The notes below the pieces were generated by a model. The model did not search any database, was not told where the DNA came from, and was given only the letters and a program-made list of their open reading frames with translations. Positions 1 through 7,634 of a DNA stretch of 15,173 nt are shown in pieces (the first letter of the stretch is position 1; the number at the start of each line of letters is the position of its first letter). A program made the translations under genes and the position numbers. Source of the DNA: an uncultured archaeon (GTDB taxonomy: Archaea; Altiarchaeota; Altiarchaeia; IMC4; QMZM01); assembly GCA_964549685.1 (NCBI GenBank), contig CAZJVE010000019.1, positions 1-15,173 on the forward strand, written 5' to 3'.

Positions 1-2
1 TG

Positions 3-404
3 TTCTTCCTGATTATGGGCCTGCCGTATGAGACTCCATCCGAGGTCGTCGAAACAGCCAGAGTCGTCTCGGCCCTCGGGGTCGATGCCGTAAAGCTCTA
101 CCCATGTCTCGTGATGAAGGGAACGAGGCTGCAGAAGGAATACAGGGAAGGAACCTACAGGCCGCTCAGCAGTCTGGAGTATGCCTCTCTCCTGGCCGAC
201 TTCCTGGAGCATTTGAGCCCCCATGTCCTTATCCAGCGGATGTCCAAGGACTGCGGCCTTGACGGCAAGGCAGCCCCTGACTGGGACACCCACCGCTGGA
301 TTGTCGGACCCAGAGTAGAGAAAATCATGATGCTCCGTGGCACAAGGCAGGGCTCGAAATTCAGGCTCGGTCTTGAGACGGAAGAATTGGTTCCTCTGGA
401 CTGA
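3..404 (+). CDS. Radical SAM protein, TIGR01212/YhcC-like, C-terminal part (5' truncated by the window)
   Basis: The frame is open back to the window edge (FFLIMGLPYET...). The motifs LIMGLPxE, GVDAVKLYP, VMKGTRL..EY..GTYRPL..LEY and FLEHLSPHVLIQR match the C-terminal half of YhcC-type radical SAM proteins. The CxxxCxxC motif lies outside the window. Confidence 0.75.
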   Translation, partial: FFLIMGLPYETPSEVVETARVVSALGVDAVKLYPCLVMKGTRLQKEYREGTYRPLSSLEYASLLADFLEHLSPHVLIQRMSKDCGLDGKAAPDWDTHRWIVGPRVEKIMMLRGTRQGSKFRLGLETEELVPLD

Positions 405-1440
405 TACCCGAGGAGCTAGAGGATTCACTGTCGCTCATCCCATGGTCTGGTTCCTCCGAGCTGATGCTTGAAGAGCTAGGCGGCTCAGTAACGCTTGTCT
501 CAGGAGCCGGTTCCTCTGGACTGACGCCTGAAGAGCCGGGAGATTCAGCACCACCCGTCTTCTTGCCCTTGAACGCATTACTCAGTATCTCCTGAGTGTA
601 TCCCTCAGGTACCTTTCCAGTATCTGCATAGACAAACAGTGCAGTATTGAATACCGCATTGGCAACACCGAAGGCAAGACTTAATATCACAAAGTATATA
701 ATTGCCAGCAACACAACCACTATCGCCAAAAATATACCTGATGGACCCAAACTAACACTGACTATGATAAGAACTATCGCTGCGATTATCCCTATGATAG
801 CAAATACGAACTGAATGAATCCCATACCAAGATATCTTACAAGGCTCTCACCCCACGTCTTCTTAAGGGTCTCGATGGATTTCTTTATCGCATCTATCGG
901 TCCTAGGCCATAGTATACCATTCCAGGAACCACGAATATGGTCCCTATGCTCCATGCCATTCCTACCAGAGAGGTTGTTATCGCCAGGGCTATTCCCCCT
1001 ACACCCTTTGACTTCCTGGCCATGTTATTTATTATCCTCAGAATTACTCCCACAGTAGCTGCAAGAACGCTCCATAAGAATATCAGCTGAATCTTTGATG
1101 ATGCAAAATTTATACTCTCCCCGAAGGTGGCGTTGCCTCCTTCAAATCTCTTTTTTGTCGTATATACTACGCAAACGTTGAAGAAGGTTGCAATAAATGA
1201 CAGCCCAAGATACAGGGCAAAGAGGATGACATAGTTAAAGGTCCCATAGGACTCGGGGGACTCCCCACTCATGATTGAAGGGAGCATCGTTGGAACAATC
1301 ATGGCTATGAGGAAGAGTATGGAAAATATGCTCCCCAGCAGGGGAAACAGCAACAGCTCCTTGTCCTTCTTGATTACGTTAAAAGTCAATTTTGTAATAT
1401 TCCAGCTCCTAGAGAATATGCCACCAAACATTGTCATCAC
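361..1440 (-). CDS. DUF6159-like multi-pass membrane protein with an acidic Ser/Pro-rich C-terminal tail
   Basis: 359 aa with about six hydrophobic segments. The motifs 'RSWNITKLTFNVIKKDKELLLFP', 'AWSIGTIFVVP', 'GPIDAIKKS..LKKTWGE' and 'ALFVYADTGKVPEGY' are recognised from memory as typical of DUF6159. The 3' end overlaps the convergent radical SAM gene by 44 bp. Confidence 0.75.
   Translation of the reverse strand: MMTMFGGIFSRSWNITKLTFNVIKKDKELLLFPLLGSIFSILFLIAMIVPTMLPSIMSGESPESYGTFNYVILFALYLGLSFIATFFNVCVVYTTKKRFEGGNATFGESINFASSKIQLIFLWSVLAATVGVILRIINNMARKSKGVGGIALAITTSLVGMAWSIGTIFVVPGMVYYGLGPIDAIKKSIETLKKTWGESLVRYLGMGFIQFVFAIIGIIAAIVLIIVSVSLGPSGIFLAIVVVLLAIIYFVILSLAFGVANAVFNTALFVYADTGKVPEGYTQEILSNAFKGKKTGGAESPGSSGVSPEEPAPETSVTEPPSSSSISSEEPDHGMSDSESSSSSGISPEEPILPSQDRA
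389..540. repeat. Three degenerate intragenic repeats with an exact 60-bp period (20 aa; SSG[V/I]SPEEP-like)
   Basis: GGTTCCTCTGGACTGA at 389, GGTTCCTCCGAGCTGA at 449 and GGTTCCTCTGGACTGA at 509, each followed by a GA(G/A)GAGC element. Confidence 0.85.
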
Positions 1441-1463
1441 CTCCGTTAATCTATGGTTGCCGT

Positions 1464-2315
1464 TTATAAAAAGTAGAACTCCTGCTCACCCTTTAGCCTC
1501 ATAAACTCATTAATCCTTAGAATCTTCTTCGGCTTCTGAAGAACCCTCGCCTCACTGTTCGAGATTCTTGTCTTTATCTTCCCTGATATCTTTGATTTCT
1601 TCCCCCTGACCAGGCCGATGACAGAGTTCCCTGAAGTAGCAACAGTCAGCGCCCCCTTATCAAGCATTTTCTGCATCAGCCCATCATTGCCACAGAGCGA
1701 TGAATTCAGCCGCATCGCCTGGTACAGGTTTCCCTTCAGCGCCTCCTGCCATGCGATGTCAGTAGCCGGGTTGAGGTTCCCGCCCTTGCCGGCAAGGACT
1801 ACTGCCTGGAGGTTCTCCATTTCGCCCCTCCTCAGGATATTCTCCCCATCTGTAACAAAGAACCCGCCGAAAAGAGAGGCACACAGGCGTGCAAAACTCA
1901 TCCCCGGAACTGCCATGGTCTCGACCAAGTCCTTCTTGTTCACGAACCCGTCTCCGGTCTCAAAAACCTGGGTCCTGAGGAACTTGTCGAGCTGCAGCTC
2001 CATTACCCGGCCCTTCTCTGCAGCAAGGGCAAGAGCAGCTGCGACAGCAATCGCCTCATTCCCACCTAATCCGGATTTTGGGGGAATTCCATTATCAATC
2101 TCTATAAGAATTCCGCCCTTTATTTTCAAGAATTTTTTTGCCTTCTCAACAGAATTTTTTGCGCTCTTGGAAACTTTGCATCCCTTGAAACTTATTCCTT
2201 TTCCCCTTGACGGCACCGCCCTTGCCCTAATCTCCAGACCCAGCGCAAAGGCGGAATCCTTTTCGTTGCAGGACGCGATAATTCCGGTCGCATAAGAGAC
2301 TGATTCGGAAGTCAT
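1464..2315 (-). CDS. aroK: Archaeal-type shikimate kinase-like protein (GHMP kinase family), divergent
   Basis: The N-terminal 'KDSAFALGLEIRA' resembles AroK 'KGSAFGIDL.V.A'. GHMP P-loop-like 'IPPKSGLGGNEA', 'ASLFGGFFVTD...ILRR' and 'AMRLN' are present. Several catalytic motifs are non-canonical. Confidence 0.6.
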   Translation of the reverse strand: MTSESVSYATGIIASCNEKDSAFALGLEIRARAVPSRGKGISFKGCKVSKSAKNSVEKAKKFLKIKGGILIEIDNGIPPKSGLGGNEAIAVAAALALAAEKGRVMELQLDKFLRTQVFETGDGFVNKKDLVETMAVPGMSFARLCASLFGGFFVTDGENILRRGEMENLQAVVLAGKGGNLNPATDIAWQEALKGNLYQAMRLNSSLCGNDGLMQKMLDKGALTVATSGNSVIGLVRGKKSKISGKIKTRISNSEARVLQKPKKILRINEFMRLKGEQEFYFL

Positions 2316-2434
2316 TCTGATGTAAAGTTCTTTGATTATTCAGAAATAAAGGAGATTAGAATCTGTTTGGGGTTATGTACGGTTATTGGAGAACGGGGAA
2401 CGAAACGACGAAGAGTATATTCCACCCATCTATT

Positions 2435-2977
2435 TTAAACTAATTTTAGATTTATGTTCAGAAAATCTGCAATATTCTTAAGTTCATCTTTTGTTAGAAG
2501 GCACGTTCCGCTCCCAGGAGCTCTATGGATCATTCTGGGCCATAAATCAATTTCAAGTTGTTCATTATTCTTACTATATCTAATATTGGGGTGGTAATTT
2601 TCTGATAGAATAATACTTACGGGGCCCACGCGGCGTTCTTTTCTTGCATATAACTCTTGTATTTGTTTTGCTTTCAGATTATAAACTCTTTTTTTGAAAA
2701 ATGCATTTCTAACTATTATGTTAAGTGAACCGTCTGATTGATTTGAAGTTAATTTAGTTTTTAGAGGAAATACCAATAGAAACACCAAAAACGGAAATAG
2801 CCCTATTGGAGATATTAAATATATCATAAAGGTACCAATATTATTGCTCTTAAAAAATAATAAAATAAATATTGGTGTCATTATCAGAAACAAAGGGATT
2901 ATGATTACATACCTAATATAATCAAAAGTCAAAACAACCTCCTTTATGTTTCCATAGGAGTTGAATTTTAAACCCAT
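2435..2977 (-). CDS. Hypothetical membrane protein (two N-terminal TM helices), AT-rich
   Basis: 180-aa ORF with two hydrophobic segments. It is visibly much more AT-rich than its neighbours. No family recognised. Confidence 0.65.
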   Translation of the reverse strand: MGLKFNSYGNIKEVVLTFDYIRYVIIIPLFLIMTPIFILLFFKSNNIGTFMIYLISPIGLFPFLVFLLVFPLKTKLTSNQSDGSLNIIVRNAFFKKRVYNLKAKQIQELYARKERRVGPVSIILSENYHPNIRYSKNNEQLEIDLWPRMIHRAPGSGTCLLTKDELKNIADFLNINLKLV

Positions 2978-3041
2978 TTTAAGGAACCAAAATTGCTTAT
3001 AACTAATTATAGTATGGATTTATATTAACATTTTTGCGTTT

Positions 3042-4904
3042 TTAAGCATTACGTTCGTGAATCATAAAGGTTTTCGGAGCTATGTAATCCCCGTGCTTTT
3101 CTTTCGCTTCCTCAAGCCTCTGCTTCTGCTCCTCGAGAGCAGTGAAAAGAACATCCGGCACGTCATTGACCTTTTCTCTGTATATCTTCGTAATCCTCTC
3201 AATCTTGGCCAGGTTCTCCGGAATCCTGAGGGTGAACTGCTCGATGTACTCTTCCTCACTATAGTCCTTGTCAAGGACCTCTTTGAAAAGCCTCTTGAGG
3301 TCTTCGTACTTCGGTATCCTGCCTGTGGGAGTATCAATCGCCTCCGCCTCCCCATGAGCCCTAAGCTCCATCCACTTCAGCCAGACCCTCTTGTCCTTCT
3401 TATGGTTGAGGAAATCCCCCTTTTCGCACCTCAGGAAATAGTTCACCGAGAATATCAGCGGGGGATTCTCCACGTCCCTGACAAAGCCCAGGTTATTCTT
3501 TATGTACCTCCCCACGGGAATGGAGATGAAGTCCAGGTTCGACATGGGGTTGAACTTTCTGACGCCCTCCTTGCCCAGGGTTGCCACAGTGGTCTCGGAC
3601 TCCAGCGACGCACCCATCGTTATTACTCCGTGGACCCAGTCGAAGGACTCCTGAACCGGGACATAGGTGTCCGAGTCCCTCCCCCCGTAGATTATACCTG
3701 CAACAGGAACGCCGTTCGGATTCTCGGAGTTCTTGTCCAGGTTCTCCAGGAGATTCATGTTGAATGTAAATCTTGCATTGCCGTGGGATGCCGGAATCTC
3801 GTTTCCATTGCTGTCCTTCTTCCCCTTCATCCATTCGCCGGAGTGGTTGAATCCCTTCTCTGGCATCTCCTCGTTCTTGCCGTTCCAGTAGACTCCCCCG
3901 TCATCCTTAACGAGAACGTTCGAGAAAATTATTTCGCCCGGGCTGCTGAGCGTTTTGGATATATCCGGCTCTTCCTTGGAATTTATCCCGGATATTATCC
4001 CGAAGATGCCCCTTTCCGCATTTACTGCCTTGACCTTCCCGTCCTTCTTCCTCAGATAGGCGATATCATCCCCAATTATTGTTTCACCGTCGAGCATGGA
4101 GGTTGATGTTTTTCCGCATGCGGATGGATATGCCCCCATGAAATAGCTCATCCTGCCATTCGGCCCGTGGACTCCCATCACGAACATGTGCTCCGCGAGC
4201 CAGCTCTCCCTCGATGCCAAAGCAATGGCCTGCCTGAGAGCAAGCTTTTTCGCCCCCAAGGTATTTCCTCCATATTCAGTATTGGTGCTATACGTGATTG
4301 CGTACTCTGCATCGATGTAGATTCTCCTCTTGCTGTAATCGAGTTCCCCGACAGAATGCACGAACCTGAAGAACCTGGTCGAATTACACATTCCCTTGAA
4401 TTCCTCATAGCCTGGCCTGTAGAGCAAATCCTCGCTATGCGCAACATAGGCCGAATCGGTAATCTGCACAATGGGGATGGAAAAGTCGGAATTCAGCGGC
4501 CCGAGGCAGAGGAAGACCACGTACATGGTATGGCCCTTCATCGAGTCCTTCAGGAAGCCCCTGATTTCCTCCAGGCCCTCGTCCATGTCCATGGAATTTA
4601 TCAACGGCCCAAGCTTGGAGCTCTTCCCGACGAGGAATTTCGTGTGCTCCTTGTCCCTTGCCTGGTCCTCATAGCCGTCGAAGTGGACCGTATGGCCTTT
4701 CCTAGCCAGCTTTCTCTCCTCATCATTCCCTATCGCATCATTCCTGATGAATTCTATATCCTCGGGGGAGTCGGTCCTTACGAAAATCCTGTCCGGGTTG
4801 CACAGCTTTACGTAATCTGATATGAACTGGTGGAGCATCGGGTTGTCTATATCATTCAGCTTCCTGTAGCTATCTTCCCCTAGCCTGTCTTTAATCCCCA
4901 TCAT
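3042..4904 (-). CDS. pckG: Phosphoenolpyruvate carboxykinase (GTP)
   Basis: 620 aa with YGGNTLGAKKLALR, WLAEHM, P-loop AYPSACGKTS, IGDDIA, NAERGIFG, HGNARF and IIYGGRDSDT motifs. Confidence 0.97.
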   Translation of the reverse strand: MMGIKDRLGEDSYRKLNDIDNPMLHQFISDYVKLCNPDRIFVRTDSPEDIEFIRNDAIGNDEERKLARKGHTVHFDGYEDQARDKEHTKFLVGKSSKLGPLINSMDMDEGLEEIRGFLKDSMKGHTMYVVFLCLGPLNSDFSIPIVQITDSAYVAHSEDLLYRPGYEEFKGMCNSTRFFRFVHSVGELDYSKRRIYIDAEYAITYSTNTEYGGNTLGAKKLALRQAIALASRESWLAEHMFVMGVHGPNGRMSYFMGAYPSACGKTSTSMLDGETIIGDDIAYLRKKDGKVKAVNAERGIFGIISGINSKEEPDISKTLSSPGEIIFSNVLVKDDGGVYWNGKNEEMPEKGFNHSGEWMKGKKDSNGNEIPASHGNARFTFNMNLLENLDKNSENPNGVPVAGIIYGGRDSDTYVPVQESFDWVHGVITMGASLESETTVATLGKEGVRKFNPMSNLDFISIPVGRYIKNNLGFVRDVENPPLIFSVNYFLRCEKGDFLNHKKDKRVWLKWMELRAHGEAEAIDTPTGRIPKYEDLKRLFKEVLDKDYSEEEYIEQFTLRIPENLAKIERITKIYREKVNDVPDVLFTALEEQKQRLEEAKEKHGDYIAPKTFMIHERNA

Positions 4905-4982
4905 TTTATTGCATCAAAATCCGTATGAGTCAGCCGATTACGGTAAAGATAATAATGCGAGGGAGAGTATAAAAGGAAGGTA

Positions 4983-5022
4983 TTTTTATACTTGTAATAC
5001 AAAATAATACATTGTATTACAA
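4983..5022 (+). promoter_or_regulatory. TATA-like box plus 11-bp perfect inverted repeat (probable TA autoregulatory operator)
   Basis: TTTTTATA at 4983-4990, then TTGTAATACAA (4992-5002) - 9 nt - TTGTATTACAA (5012-5022), ending on the A of the start codon. Confidence 0.7.
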
Positions 5023-5309
5023 TGGAAAAAACGATATCGATAAGGCTTGACAGGGGGTTCATAAGGTCGCTGGACAGGATAGGTGCCGACTATACCGGAC
5101 GGTCTTCCTTTATGAGAGAGCTTCTCAACCTCGGCCTTAGGGAGTACCGGATAGAACTCGCAGTTGAAAAATACATCCAGGGAGAGGTAAGCACCTGGAA
5201 GGCGGCTGAGATAGCCAACCTTTCTCTCAGGAGAATGAACCAGCTGCTCAAGGAGAGGGGAGTCGAGATGCACTATTCTGGGCAGTCACTGAAGGAAGAC
5301 CTAGGATGA
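5022..5309 (+). CDS. UPF0175-family antitoxin-like protein with N-terminal ribbon-helix-helix
   Basis: 'KTISIRLD...LDRI...GRSSFMRELL' fits an RHH fold, followed by the UPF0175 signature 'AVEKYIQGEVSTWKAAEIANLS...LLKERGV'. ATGA overlap with a PIN gene. Confidence 0.85.
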   Translation: MEKTISIRLDRGFIRSLDRIGADYTGRSSFMRELLNLGLREYRIELAVEKYIQGEVSTWKAAEIANLSLRRMNQLLKERGVEMHYSGQSLKEDLG

Positions 5310-5788
5310 TTGTTTCCAATACGTCGCCTCTGATCTCCCTCGCGAAGTCCGGCAGACTAAATCTTCTGAAGGATTTGTTTGGGGACGTTCTGATAGAGGA
5401 GGAGGTCTGGAAGGAGGCAGTCGGGCAGGGGAAGAAGGAAGGGGCCCCCGATGCGTTTGTAATCGAGAGCGCGATAAAGGAGGGCTGGATAACAGTAGAG
5501 AGACTGAAGAAGAAAAGGGAATTCAAGGGAATTCACGAGGGAGAGGCATACACAATCCTGCTGGCTAAGAAGCATAACTGCATCGCCCTTATTGACGAGG
5601 AGGACGCCAGAGCCGTTGCAAGGGCCCTCGGCCTGGAGGTTAGAGGAACACTCTACGTTCTCAGAAAGGCAGCCGAGGATAAAATTCTAACCGAAGAAGA
5701 GGCCGTTGAGATTCTGAACAACATGATAGCAAACGGCCTGAGGATTTCTGCAGGGATTTATTCGTGGTTTCTGAATTCTGTAAAATAG
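5306..5788 (+). CDS. DUF3368/COG2405 PIN-domain protein (toxin-like)
   Basis: 'MIVSNTSPLISLAK..RLNLLKDLFG.V.I..EVWKE', 'IHEGEAYTILLA' and 'LIDEEDARAVARALGLEVRGTL'. Confidence 0.9.
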   Translation: MIVSNTSPLISLAKSGRLNLLKDLFGDVLIEEEVWKEAVGQGKKEGAPDAFVIESAIKEGWITVERLKKKREFKGIHEGEAYTILLAKKHNCIALIDEEDARAVARALGLEVRGTLYVLRKAAEDKILTEEEAVEILNNMIANGLRISAGIYSWFLNSVK

Positions 5789-5789
5789 A

Positions 5790-7373
5790 CTATCCAAACA
5801 CGAGCAGCTCCGGCTTCAGTATCATGACCAGGCCGAAGCAGAGCATTAACAGCCCTGAAACCAGCTTCAGAACCCTTGCCTGCTTCTCACCCAGCCTTTC
5901 AGATTTGAATGAATAAACAAAGCTCACGAGGATTGCGGATAAGGGAATTACATACGCTATCGAATAGAGGGCGGTGTAGAGCACGTGCATCAAACCAATG
6001 GAGGTCCCGTGCGTATTGAACAGCGAGGCCATGTACACCATGGGGAACATTGCCGTGCAGCCCAGCTCGACAAGATTCACCAGGGCCGCCAAGCCGGCAG
6101 TCGCAAGGATTGCGAGGGCCATGGCCCTCTTGTCCCCAGCCTTCTCCACCCCCCTGACAATCTTCCCGGCCTTTCCGAAGATGTCCTTTCTTTTCTCACT
6201 CGAGATTCCCAGAGAGGGCCCCCTTCCGAGGAAGAAGTAGTCCTTCAGGTTTATTGCCCCCGCGGCAAGGACGATAAGCCCTATAAGCCTCAGCAGGACA
6301 TCCCCATACTGCGACAGGACCCAGGAACCTGCAGTTAGAATGACCATGATGAATAGGAAATACATCAGCGCCGAGGTCAGTATGAATACAGAACCTATCA
6401 GGAGCATCTTGCTCCTGGACTTCGTGTGCGTCAGCAGAGAAAGCAAGACTATCAGAACCGTGAAGGCGCATGGATTGAACCCGTCAGCCAGAGCGATAAC
6501 GAAGACGAAGCCGGGGAACGGGAATTTCCCTGCGAATTTCTCTATCTCGCTCTCCGGAGTCGTTATGGCCATTGCAAAGAGCCCGACCACCACAAGCACG
6601 ACAAAGCCGATGATCCAGTGCCTGCCCTCTACCTTGAGCCTCCGGTTCAGTACCAGGTACGAGAGGAGATAAACAATCATCAGCAAAAGAAAGCCCGTCC
6701 AGACCCAGTTAATCTTACCCAGCTCGGGCTTTGTGAATCCATATTCGTTGGATTCCGGCACCTCAACCCTCAGAACCTTTCCTGAATTACCGTCGACCTT
6801 TGCAACGATATCTGGGTATTCGAGCTCTGACCTCACCCTCTCAATGCTCCACCACCCGACCAGGTACACCCCATTGCTCTCGATGATGGTTGCTATCGCA
6901 TTGGAATTCTCATTTAGGAATTCTTTAACCTTTGGATGCTCCAGCGATTTCTGTATCACGTTGTCCATTGGCACCTTGCAGCTCATATTCAGGCACTCCC
7001 TTATGCAGTTTTCTATCTGGTTGGGGCAGCCCATGAATCCGCCATAGCCCTGCAGGTATGTCAGGTCGCAGTCATCCTCCCTGAAGCCGACGAATACCTT
7101 GTCGCCTATGAAGGTCCTCGGGACGCCGCTGGCGCTGGTGTTGTACTCCTCGGCCATCTTCCTGAAGAGCTCCATGTTCTTCCCGGCCTCCAGATATTTC
7201 ACCTCCAGCTGCGGATATATCCCCTCAAGCTCCTCGAGAAACGGCTTCTCTGCCGCGCAGTGGGGGCAGGTCGAGCTGTAGAAGAAGTAGATAACAGCCC
7301 CCTCTCCCTCATCCGAATTCACCGGCATTGAAAGCAAAACGAGCAGGATGATAAGGGAAAATCTTCTATCCAT
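5790..7373 (-). CDS. Thioredoxin/glutaredoxin-like domain fused to a CcdA/DsbD-type (cytochrome c biogenesis-like) transmembrane domain
   Basis: Signal peptide, 'YFFYSSTCPHC', cis-Pro loop 'SGVPRTFIGD', and membrane-domain cysteines in 'ADGFNPCAF' and 'NLVELGCTAMFP'. Confidence 0.85.
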   Translation of the reverse strand: MDRRFSLIILLVLLSMPVNSDEGEGAVIYFFYSSTCPHCAAEKPFLEELEGIYPQLEVKYLEAGKNMELFRKMAEEYNTSASGVPRTFIGDKVFVGFREDDCDLTYLQGYGGFMGCPNQIENCIRECLNMSCKVPMDNVIQKSLEHPKVKEFLNENSNAIATIIESNGVYLVGWWSIERVRSELEYPDIVAKVDGNSGKVLRVEVPESNEYGFTKPELGKINWVWTGFLLLMIVYLLSYLVLNRRLKVEGRHWIIGFVVLVVVGLFAMAITTPESEIEKFAGKFPFPGFVFVIALADGFNPCAFTVLIVLLSLLTHTKSRSKMLLIGSVFILTSALMYFLFIMVILTAGSWVLSQYGDVLLRLIGLIVLAAGAINLKDYFFLGRGPSLGISSEKRKDIFGKAGKIVRGVEKAGDKRAMALAILATAGLAALVNLVELGCTAMFPMVYMASLFNTHGTSIGLMHVLYTALYSIAYVIPLSAILVSFVYSFKSERLGEKQARVLKLVSGLLMLCFGLVMILKPELLVFG

Positions 7374-7448
7374 GTAATAATCTTCTACTGGAAAACTAAA
7401 TATTGCCGTATTTTTAAATCCATTTTCTATAATGATTAATAATTAAAA

Positions 7449-7634
7449 ATGGTGAACATAACACTTGATGCGGACAAATGCGAGGGCTGCGGAACCTGTG
7501 TCGATTCATGCCCGGTCAGCATATATACTATGGAGGACGGCAAGGCCAAGCTTACAGGAGACGTGAACGAGTGCGTTGTATGCAGAACCTGCGAAAGCTC
7601 ATGCCCGACCCAGGCAATCAAAGTGGAAGAGTGA
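7449..7634 (+). CDS. 2[4Fe-4S] ferredoxin
   Basis: Two CxxCxxCxxxCP motifs (CEGCGTCVDSCP, CVVCRTCESSCP) in 61 aa. Confidence 0.95.
   Translation: MVNITLDADKCEGCGTCVDSCPVSIYTMEDGKAKLTGDVNECVVCRTCESSCPTQAIKVEE

Noticed and set aside
1618-2295. 225-aa + strand ORF
   Set aside because: Antisense shadow of the GHMP kinase gene.
3057-4820. Long + strand ORFs (349 aa and 217 aa)
   Set aside because: Antisense shadows of pckG with no recognisable motifs.
5985-7331. Cluster of short + strand ORFs
   Set aside because: Antisense shadows of the thioredoxin-CcdA fusion.
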